Shown piece by piece: positions 52,690 to 64,000 of a stretch of 64,000 bases of DNA. Both the position numbers and the translations under genes were made by a program. The first letter of the stretch is position 1, and each line of letters starts with the position of its first letter. Under the pieces are notes generated by a model. The model made no database searches. It worked only from the letters and a program-made list of their open reading frames with translations, and was not told where the DNA came from. Source of the stretch: Octopus sinensis (taxonomy: Eukaryota); NCBI RefSeq assembly GCF_006345805.1, contig NC_043006.1, positions 73,408,001-73,472,000 on the forward strand. Reading direction: 5' to 3'.

Positions 52690-55497
52690 AATCTAAAAAA
52701 TCAAAATTTTAAAATATAAAAATAATACTTTTAATAATTAAAGTATAAATGAAAAAATATAAGTATATAATCCATATATAACCTATATATAATCCATATC
52801 GAAAATATAGACTAATTACCACGAATCCCTAAAAAAAAAAAAAAAAAAAAAAAAACCATGATAAAACAAAACTCTTAAAAACATATAACGATAAAATCTC
52901 CCTTGCTAAACTCTATAACAAACCTATAAAGTAAACCCCCTAACCTAAACATTCCCACACAAATACACACACGTAAACCACAGACTCACGACTTATACAC
53001 ATACCTATACTAACTTATAAACCTCAATATACACCAAAACCCACTCCCTCCCCACACAGACAAATTAACACATACATCCCAAAACCTAAATAACAAACCC
53101 ATATACACATTCACACACAAAACACACACTCACACGCAAAACACCACACACAAAAGATACATATACTCCCTCACATATACGCCTATACATACTCACTAAA
53201 CTCGACATATACAACAATACTTACACCCCACAAAAAACATTATATACATTTATGAGCTTTAACTCACCTTAGCATCTCTAACAAACAACTTGCAGTAACC
53301 CAATCCCATTCTCTATACCTACCTCACTACTACACTATTCCATTCACATTCCAAGCAACGCTAGTCCACACCCGGTTATTCACGTGGCAAAACGAACACC
53401 ACTCAAAAATTATGAATGAAACAATGTAAAAAAATAACCAACACCTAAAATAGACAAAATACCACGAATTACCTAAAAAAAACCATGATAAACCAAAACT
53501 CATAAAAGCATATAACGATAAAATCTCCCTTTGCTAAACCCTATAACAAACTTATATAGCAATCCCCCTAACCTAAACATTCACACACAAAAAACCCACA
53601 CGTAAACACACAGACCCAAAACTTATACACAAACCTATACTAACTTAAAACCTCAATATACACCAAAAACCACTCCCTCCCCACACAGACAAATTAACAC
53701 ATACATCCCAAATCCTAAATAACAAACCCAAATACATTCACACACAAACACACACACACAAAACACACATACACAACAGATACATATGCTCCCTCACATA
53801 TACGCATATACATACTCACTAAAACTCGATATATACAACAATATTTACACCCACACTCATACAGATAAATAAATTAATTATACAATTAAAAACTCACAAC
53901 CAATCTCATATACATAAACACTCTTATGAAAACAACAATAAATACATCGTAATTAACCAGAATATCAAAAATAACATTATGACAAGGATAAATCAAATAC
54001 ATACTTACAATTCAGTTACAAATTATGAAGTGAAATTAGATTTTTAGCCGTTAAAAAACCAAACAAAATTACGTTACCATGGAAATAACTAATGTAAAAA
54101 AAGAATACGCGCCATAGAAAGTAAACGTCATTCATAGTATGAATGGAGAAATATAATAAATGGAACTAAAAACTATTTCCACGTAGCAAACCAACGCTAC
54201 TTAAAAAAATTTATATTTATTATGAATGGATTCTTTAAAAACTATCATGAAAAATCAATTATATACATTTATGAGCTTTAGCTCACCCTAGCAACTCTAA
54301 CAAAAACTTACAGTAACCCATACTCATGCCTACCTCATTACCACCCTAATCCATTCACAATTCCAAACAACACTAGTCCACCACACGGTTACAATTCCCA
54401 ACTCTACCCATTCACAATTTCAACGACGTTCCCTTCAACAACTCTACATATAAGCCTCAACATATACACCGGAGATACACTTACACATCCGTGCGGATGG
54501 GTGAGAGTATACATTAAGTGTAGTGATGGGGCTCCCATTTCTAAAAACATTAGTACCTGTGTGGTAGTCTCCATGTGTATATTCACGCACGGGTATAAAT
54601 ACAGGGGGTACACGCTCACTTCATTTACGTGTACCCCTCACATGTACATATGCATACAATTTTGGCTCGATATATGCAACAATGTAATCGCGCCCGTATG
54701 TGTGAGCATTCACTGGTTGTGCAATTCACCCATCTGGGTGTGATTGTGTGTAAACTTATCACTGTGGAGGTCGAGCTTGATACGTATATTTAGTGTGTAT
54801 TAGGGGTTGTACGTACTAATTATGTTCATGTGCTTCACGCACTTGCGTCCATGTATGGAAGAATATATTGGGATTACTATGTAGGTGTAAATAGGGTATG
54901 GGGGAGTTTTGTCATTGTATGGGTGTGGGTTTCATTTGTGATGGTGGTTGGGGATGTATGTGTTAATTTATCCATGTGGGGCTGGAGTGGCCGTTAGGTG
55001 CATATGCTGAGGCTCACATGCAAACCCAAGTACAACGAATGAAGTGGGCACTTATAATTGTTATGGGTGTGTACTTTATTATAAAAGACAATACCCAAAT
55101 AAAATCTGTCAATTCAACCTACAAATAAAAAACAAAAAACAAAGGGATCTTAAACATTCACACATACATACAAAACTCAATAAAAACACCACTAAAAAAC
55201 ACCCAAAACATATAAATATATCCTCAAAATACATATAACAAATGCAAAATAAAAATACATAATAAAATAAAATAAATAAAAATAAAAATAAAAATAAAAA
55301 AAATAAAAAAATCTAATATAAATTATTAAAGTTTTAACGTACCATAAACTGCTAAATTAATATACATTAAAAATGAACTAATTAAAACAAAGAAATATCA
55401 ATAAAGACTAACTATAATTAAATCCTAGACAACATAACCAAAAATATAACATCTAAACTAATTTAAACTAAAATAACCTAAAAGGGAACTATTATTG

Positions 55498-57977
55498 CTA
55501 TTTATCATGAAACTTATTATATAAGTAAAGTAACTTGTGTCTACATTTATTTTCGCTCCTCCCCAGTATTAAGTAAATTATCATACTTATAAAATAAAAT
55601 TTCTTTAAACTCATTAGAGCATAAATAACAACAATTAGCTCCTATATTATATGATTTAGTTTTACAAATTATTTCCCATATTAAACTATAATTAATATTT
55701 AGTGATTTAAGACTCCAAATATACTTACTAAGTCCGGTTGAGTTGATTAAGTTTTATTTTTAAAAGAATTCATATGTTGTGCAATTCTTAGTTTATTTTT
55801 GAGGAAGTAGAACCTATATAAACCGCTTATATTGTAATTATTATTCTTAAGTTATTATCATGTAATGTAACTATACATTTATACACTAAATCGTTAATAT
55901 CACAATTATTATTTAATATACAATTAGATTTATCTCTACATGTACAATTAATATAAGTCTTATCATTATTAATATTATTATCAAATAATTTTTTTTATAA
56001 AAATTATTCAGTTTATATTTATTAAATGAAGAAATAATGTTACCAACATTATTAGTGGTAGAGTAACCAACTCCAAAAATTAAAAGAGAAAATGTTTCGA
56101 TATTTACGATTATCTCTATAACATCTAAAATCTCTTTAATAATATTCGTTTTAACTTGATCTCCATAAGGAACTATTAACCAAATTTTATTCTTATTAAC
56201 CTTATTATTATCATTATTATAAATATATTTATAATTCTTTATTTTATTAAAATTATTATCAGAATTATATCTATGTACAGCATTTAAGGAATATTAATAT
56301 TATTAAATTTATCAATATAATTATTATAATAATTATTAAATTTATTTTTATTTATATTATTCTTATTTATATTATTATTATTATATTATTATTATTATTA
56401 TCTTATTTATATTTTTATCATTTTTATTATTTTTTTTATAATATCTATTATTTTTACCACTAAACGTAACAAAATTATAATTATTATTAGAAGTATCTCG
56501 AAAATTATCATTTAAATCATTATCGCTAATATTATAAAATTTAATATTCTTATTATAACCTGCCCCTCTAAGGGCCTCATTATAATAATTAGCATGTTTA
56601 TTAAAAATCTCTATATCATAAGAGAGTAATGAAATACGTTTACTTATATTATTAATCAACGATTTTTTAATAGAAAATGGGTGATTACTATTAACATTTA
56701 TATATCTAAGGTTCTCATTAAGTTTATGATATGGTTGTGTTTTACCTGTAATAAGATTAAAATTAACATCTAAATAATTAACATTATAATTCTCCTTATA
56801 TATAGTAATACGTAAACCATATCTTTTAAAGAAAAACTATATAGTTTCTTATATACTTCTAGATTCCTATTAGTACAATTCTTTGTAACTAGTAGAAGAT
56901 CGTCTCTATATAAACCACCCTCTATCTTAAGATTTTCTAATTGGAGTTCAGATAAAAGAAAAATACCTACTAAATCAGTAGCCTGTGCAGAATGGTGCTC
57001 CCATAGGTATATCAAAACAATCTCTAGTATCATTCCTAGCCCATAATTTATTTTTATATTTAATTAGCGATTTCCTAGCCAATTTAATTACATTAACTTC
57101 TTCCGTGACATGCCCACTTTATTCATTGCGAAAATAAGCGCTTTATTAAACACAATTTCATTAATAGAAGAATAATAATTATCTATATCTATTTGAATAA
57201 ATTTATAACGATTTTTATCTTTAATATTATTAAACCATTTCAATGTATTATTATTACTAAACCATAATTTTAAATAATTAAGTTTATTTAACTTATCAAT
57301 ATATTTATCTAAAATAAATTACTTAATTTACCTAGGTCCGATTTACATGGGCAAATTAATCTAACTTTAGGGTCTGATAAAAATTATCTTTATGGTCTTT
57401 AAGAGTAATTCTGGGGTGCAGAGGTACATAAGGTTCAGTTTTATTATCCAACTCATATTTTAACATTACTACTTTAGAGGCCTTATTAATATTATAAAGA
57501 ATATCATCTGGAACAATTTTATATTTTTTAATTATTTCTTTCCCTAAAGTTTATCATATAATTTAACATCTAATTTATATAAGTTCCTTGTTTATCAGAT
57601 TGTACTATAATACTATCCATATTTCTCATATCTTTAATTTTAATTGCTAAATTCCTTAAATATTCATTATTTCTATTTGGGTATTTATGGAATTCAATAT
57701 TTTTTACCACCTTCCATATACTATCTTCAAGTAATTGTAATTCTTTATTAAATGGAGGTTCCTTTCTAGATTTAAATTTAGAGGTATAATTATCATTCCT
57801 ACTATCAATATCATTAAATAAATAAAAATTATAGTAAAAAGCTTTCCATTTAATTCTAGAAATAAAATCTTTAACATTATTAACAAGTTTCAAGATAAAT
57901 TCCTTTCTAGAAGGAATAGGAATATCTTTCAAAGATGAATCCCAAAACAGCGGTTCTATCTTACCTGTAAAATCCAT
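55498..57977 (-). CDS. PLE reverse transcriptase + C-terminal GIY-YIG endonuclease (~820 aa), broken here by single-base indels
   Basis: SLKDIPIPSRK, ITLKDHK..VRLICP, IDIDNYYSSI, FDIPMG, GLYRDD, SNHP, LVYKCIV..VYIGST, CYLC, KCRH; stop TAG at 55498-55500. Confidence 0.9.
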
Positions 57978-58203
57978 AATTTGCGAAATTGAGGTATTAC
58001 ACTCAATATACAAAATTATCAATATTATATAAATAATAAATATTAGGGAATATATCCAAATTTACAGGGAAAAAAAATCAGATTTAGGATTAAATCCAAT
58101 TTTATAGTAAAATATTATAAAAATTATTTGAGACAAAACCACTATTTTGCAAAACAAACAAGGAAAGACTTAATCAATACATAAAATTTAATAAATAGTC
58201 AAA

Positions 58204-58258
58204 GAACCGCCACTACAATCGTTTCTTGTCTTGATCGACAATCTTCAGGTGGACTTCC
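58204..58258 (-). ncRNA. Type I hammerhead ribozyme (upstream pseudo-LTR, ~235 nt before the ATG)
   Basis: Same core as 52634-52689. Confidence 0.85.
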
Positions 58259-61200
58259 AATCTAAAAAATCAAAATTTTAAAATATAAAAATAATACTTT
58301 TAAATAATTAAAGTATAAATGAAAAAATATAAGTATATAATCCATATATAACTATATATAATCCATATCGAAAATATAGACTAATTACCACGAATTCCCT
58401 AAAAAAAAAAAAAAAAAAAAAAACCATGATAAAACAAAACTCTTAAAAACATATAACGATAAAATCTCCCTTTGCTAAACTCTATAACAAACCTATAAAG
58501 TAAACCCCCTAACCTAACATTCCCACACAAATACACACACGTAAACCACAGACTCACGACTTATACACATACCTATAACTTATAAACCTCAAACCTCAAT
58601 ATACACCAAAAACCACTCCCTCCCCACACAGACAAATTAACACATACATCCCAAAACCTAAATAACAAACCCATATACACATTCACACACAAAACACACA
58701 CTCACACGCAAAACACTCACACACAAAAGATACATATACTCCCTCACATATACGCCTATACATACTCACTAAACTCGACATATACAACAATACTTACACA
58801 CCCACAAAAAACATTATATACATTTATGAGCTTTAACTCACCTTAGCATCTCTAACAAACAACTTGCAGTAACCCAATCCCATTCTCTATACCTACCTCA
58901 CTACTACACTATTCCATTCACATTCCAAGCAACGCTAGTCCACCACCGGTTATTCACGTGGCAAAACGAACACCACTCAAAAATTATGAATGAAACAATG
59001 TAAAAAAATAACCAACACCTAAAATAGACAAAATACCACGAATTACCTAAAAAAAACCATGATAAACCAAAACTCATAAAAGCATATAACGATAAAATCT
59101 CCTTTGCTAAACCCTATAACAAACTTATATAGCAATCCCCCTAACCTAAACATTCACACACAAAAAACCCACACGTAAACCACAGACCCAAAACTTATAC
59201 ACAAACCTATACTAACTTATAAACCTCAATATACACCAAAAACCACTCCTCCCCACACAGACAAATTAACACATACATCCCAATCCTAAATAACAAACCC
59301 AAATACACATTCACACACAAACACACACACACAAAACACACATACACAACAGATACATATGCTCCCTCACATATACGCATATACATACTCACTAAAACTC
59401 GATATATACAACAATATTTACACCCACACTCATACAGATAAATAAATTAATTATACAATTAAAAACTCACAACCAATCTCATATACATAAACACTCTTAT
59501 GAAAACAACAATAAATACATCGTAATAACCAGAATATCAAAAATAACATTATGACATAAGGATAAATCAAATACATACTTACAATTCAGTTACAAATTAT
59601 GAAGTGAAATTAGATTTTTAGCCGTTAAAAAACCAAACAAAATTACGTTACCATGGAAATAACATGTAAAAAAAGAATACGCGCCATAGAAAGTAAACGT
59701 CATTCATAGTATGAATGGAGAAATATAATAAATGGAACTAAAAATATTTCCACGTAGCAAACCAACGCTACTTAAAAAAATTTATATTTATTATGAATGG
59801 ATTCTTTAAAAACTATCATGAAAAATCAATTATATACATTTATGAGCTTTAGCTCACCCTAGCAACTCTAACAAACAACTTACAGTAACCCATACTCAAT
59901 GCCTACCTCATTACCACCCTAATCCATTCACAATTCCAAACAACACTAGTCCACCACACGGTTACAATTCCCAACTCTACCCATTCACAATTTCAACGAC
60001 GTTCCCTTCAACAACTCTACATATAAGCCTCAACATATACACGGAGATACACTACACATCCGTGCGGATGGGTGAGAGTATACATTAAGTGTAGTGATGG
60101 GGCTCCCATTTCTAAAAACATTAGTACCTGTGTGGTAGTCTCCATGTGTATATTCACGCACGGGTATAAATACAGGGGGTACACGCTCACTCATTTACGT
60201 GTACCCCTCACATGTACATAGCATACAATTTGGCTCGATATATGCAACAAATGAATCGCGCCCGTATGTGTGAGCATTCACTGGTGTGCAATTCACATCG
60301 GGGTGTGATTGTGTGTAAACTTATCACTGTGGAGGTCGAGCTTGATACGTATATATTAGTGTGTTTAGGGGTTGTACGTACTAATTATGTTCATGTGCTT
60401 CACGCACTTGCGTCCATGTATGGAAGAATATATTGGGATTACTATGTAGGTGTAAATAGGGTATGGGGGAGTTTTGTCATTGTATGGGTGTGGGTTTCAT
60501 TTGTGATGGTGGTTGGGGGTATGTATGTGTTAATTTATCCATGTGGGGTGGAGTGGCGTTAGGTGCATATGCTGAGGCTCACAAGCAAACCCAAGTACAC
60601 GAATGAAGTGGGCACTTATAATTGTTATGGGTGTGTACTTTATTATAAAAGACAATACCCAAATAAAATCTGTCAATTCAACCTACAAATAAAAAACAAA
60701 AAACAAAGGGATCTTAAACATTCACACATACATACAAAACTCAATAAAAACACCACTAAAAAACACCCAAAACATATAAATATATCCTCAAAATACATAT
60801 AACAAAGCAAAATAAAAATACATAATTAAAAAAATAAAAAAATAAAATAAATAAAAAAAAATAAAAAAATCTAATATAAATTATTAAAGTTTTAACGTAC
60901 CATAAACTGCTAAATTAATATACATTAAAAATGAACTAATTAAAACAAAGAAATTCAATAAAGACTACATAATTAAATCCTAGAAAACATAACAAAATAT
61001 AACATCTAAACTAATTTAAACTAATGTTATTTTTGATATTCTGGTTAATTACGATGTATTATTGTTGTTTTCATAAGAGTGTTTATGTATATGAGATTGG
61101 TTGTGAGTTTTTAATAGTATAATTAATTTATTTATCTGTATGAGTGTGGGTGTAAATATTGTTGTATATATCGAGTTTTAGTGAGTATGTATATGCGTAT

Positions 61201-62304
61201 ATGTGAGGGAGCATATGTATCTGTTGTGTATGTGTGTGTTTTGTGTGTGTGTGTGTTTGTGTGGAATGTGTATTTGGGTTTGTTATTTAGGATTTGGGAT
61301 GTATGTGTTAATTTGTCTGTGTGGGGAGGGAGTGGTTTTTGTGTATATTGAGGTTTATAAGTTAGTATAGGTTGTGTATAAGTTTTGGGTCTGTGGTTTA
61401 CGTGTGGGTTTTTTGTGTGTGAATGTTTAGGTTAGGGGGATTGCTATATAAGTTTGTTATAGGGTTAGCAAAGGGAGATTTTATCGTTATATGCTTTTAT
61501 GAGTTTTGGTTTATCATGGTTTTTTTAGGTAATCGTGGTATTTTGTCTATTTTAGGTGTTGGTTATTTTTTTACATTGTTTCATTCATAATTTTTGAGTG
61601 GTGTTCGTTTTGCCACGTGAATAACCGGGTGGTGGACTAGCGTTGCTTGGAATGTGAATGGAATAGTGTAGTAGTGAGGTAGGTATAGAGAATGGGATTG
61701 GGTTACTGCAAGTTGTTTGTTAGAGATGCTAAGGTGAGTTAAAGCTCATAAATGTATATAATGTTTTTTGTGGGTGTGTAAGTATTGTTGTATATGTCGA
61801 GTTTAGTGAGTATGTATAGGCGTATATGTGAGGGAGTATATGTATCTTTTGTGTGTGAGTGTTTTGCGTGTGAGTGTGTGTTTTGTGTGTGAATGTGTAT
61901 ATGGGTTTGTTATTTAGGTTTTGGGATGTATGTGTTAATTTGTCTGTGTGGGGAGGGAGTGGGTTTTGGTGTATATTGAGGTTTATAAGTTAGTATAGGT
62001 ATGTGTATAAGTCGTGAGTCTGTGGTTTACGTGTGTGTATTTGTGTGGGAATGTTTAGGTTAGGGGGTTTACTTTATAGGTTTGTTATAGAGTTTAGCAA
62101 AGGGAGATTTTATCGTTATATGTTTTTAGAGTTTTGTTTTATCATGGTTTTTTTTTTTTTTTTAGGGAATTCGTGGTAATTAGTCTATATTTTCGATATG
62201 GATTATATATAGGTTATATATGGATTATATACTTATATTTTTTCATTTATACTTTAATTATTTAAAAGTATTATTTTTATTTTAAAATTTTGATTTTTTA
62301 GATT

Positions 62305-62360
62305 GGAAGTCCACCTGAAGATTGTCGATCAAGACAAGAAACGATTGTAGTGGCGGTTTC
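62305..62360 (+). ncRNA. Type I hammerhead ribozyme (inverted copy)
   Basis: CUGAAGA 62315-62321, GAAA 62338-62341, GUA 62347-62349, stem I CCAC/GUGG. Confidence 0.85.
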
Positions 62361-62584
62361 TTTGACTATTTATTAAATTTTATGTATTGATTAAGTCTTT
62401 CCTTGTTTGTTTTGCAAAATAGTGGTTTTGTCTCAAATAATATTTTATAATATTTTACTATAAAATTGGATTTAATCCTAAATCTGATTTTTTTTCCTGT
62501 AAATTTGGATATATCCCTAATATTTATATTTATATAATATTGATAATTTTGTATATTGAGTGTAATACCTCAATTTCGCAAATT

Positions 62585-64000
62585 ATGGATTTTACAGGTA
62601 AGATAGAACCGCTGTTTTGGGATTCATCTTTGAAAGATATTCCTATTCCTTCTAGAAAGGAATTTATCTTGAAACTTGTTAATAATGTTAAAGATTTTAT
62701 TTCTAGAATTAAATGGAAAGCTTTTTACTATAATTTTTATTTATTTAATGATATTGATAGTAGGAATGATAATTATACCTCTAAATTTAAATCTAGAAAG
62801 GAACCTCCATTAATAAAGAATTACAATTACTTGAAGATAGTATATGGAAGGTGGTAAAAAATATGAATTCCATAAATACCCAAATAGAAATAATGAATAT
62901 TTAGGAATTTAGCAATTAAAATTAAAGATATGAGAAATATGGATAGTATTATAGTACAATCTGATAAAACAAGGAACTTATATAAATTAGATGTTAAATT
63001 ATATGATAAACTTTTAGGGAAAGAAATAATTAAAAAATATAAAATTGTTCCAGATGATATTCTTTATAATATTAATAAGGCCTCTAAAGTAGTAATGTTA
63101 AAATATGAGTTGGATAATAAAACTGAACCTTATGTACCTCTGCACCCCAGAATTACTCTTAAAGACCATAAAGATAATTTTTATTCAGACCCTAAAGTTA
63201 GATTAATTTGCCCATGTAAATCGGACCTAGGTAAATTAAGTAAATTTATTTTAGATAAATATATTGATAAGTTAAATAAACTTAATTATTTAAAATTATG
63301 GTTTAGTAATAATAATACATTGAAATGGTTTAATAATATTAAAGATAAAAATCGTTATAAATTATTCAAATAGATATAGATAATTATTATTCTCTATTAA
63401 TGAAATTGTGTTTAATAAAGCGCTTATTTTCGCAATGAATAAAGTGGGCATGTCACGGGAAGAAGTTAATGTAATTAAATTGGCTAGGAAATCGCTAATT
63501 AAATATAAAAATAAATTATGGGCTAGGAATGATACTAGAGATTGTTTTGATATACCTATGGGAGCACCAGATTCTGCACAGGCTACTGATTTAGTAGGTA
63601 TTTTTCTTTTATCTGAACTCCAATTAGAAAATCTTAAGATAGAGGGTGGTTTATATAGAGACGATCTTCTACTAGTTACAAAGAATTGTACTAATAGGAA
63701 TCTAGAAGTATATAAGAAAAAACTATATAGTTTCTTTAAAAGATATGGTTTACGTATTACTATATATAAGGAGAATTATAATGTTAATTATTTAGATGTT
63801 AATTTTAATCTTATTACAGTTAAAACACAACCATATCATAAACTTAATGAGAACCTTAGATATATAAATGTTAATAGTAATCACCCATTTTCTATTAAAA
63901 AATCGTTGATTAATAATATAAGTAAACGTATTTCATTACTCTCTTATGATATAGAGATTTTTAATAAACATGCTAATTATTATAATGAGGCCCTTAGAGG
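62585..64000 (+). CDS. Second PLE RT ORF, truncated by the window end, with single-base indels
   Basis: MDFTGKIEPLFWDSSLKDIP.. to ..YYNEALR; near-identical to the minus-strand copy. Confidence 0.88.

Larger units (their letters stand above)
52541..64000. mobile_element. Penelope-like element (PLE) array: minus-strand unit with 2.9-kb direct pseudo-LTRs plus a head-to-head inverted copy running off the window
   Basis: Direct repeat 52541-55471 / 58112-61024 (offset ~5570); 61023-64000 is the reverse complement of ~56565-59551; RT + GIY-YIG ORF; three HHRs. Confidence 0.92.

Noticed and set aside
53155-57977. Diversity-generating retroelement (repeat pair differing at adenines near an RT)
   Set aside because: The RT is PLE-type with GIY-YIG; the differences are A/G only rather than A to any base; the variable copy is not in a target ORF
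52541-61024. True LTR retrotransposon
   Set aside because: No TG..CA termini, PBS, gag, protease, RNase H or integrase; the repeats are tandem-derived pseudo-LTRs

Overview
Eukaryotic, AT-rich, repeat-saturated DNA. The tRNA-headed SINE families and dense (TA)n/(TATC)n/(AAT)n microsatellites suggest an octopus (coleoid cephalopod) intron or intergenic region; the taxon is an inference. No host protein-coding gene can be identified with confidence, and there is no CRISPR, rRNA or genuine tRNA gene. Content: about 30 SINE copies from at least 5 families, a Tc1 IR/DR element, two maT-type (DD37D) mariners, a near full-length R4/Dong RLE non-LTR retrotransposon in (TAA)n, a probable Helitron, an ORF1-only LINE derivative, and several inverted or foldback structures. 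The most striking signal is three unrelated families of type I hammerhead ribozyme (HHR) elements, all built as head-to-head inverted arms ending in (TA)n. (i) A 359-bp retrozyme-like unit at 5.1-5.8 kb whose inverted arm starts at the predicted cleavage site. (ii) A 1.2-kb element at 5.8-7.0 kb with two outward-facing HHRs. (iii) An 11.5-kb Penelope-like (RT + GIY-YIG) array at 52.5-64 kb with 2.9-kb pseudo-LTRs, three HHRs and diverged sub-repeats showing one-directional A/G differences. Coordinates were read by eye and boundaries are approximate to a few bases.
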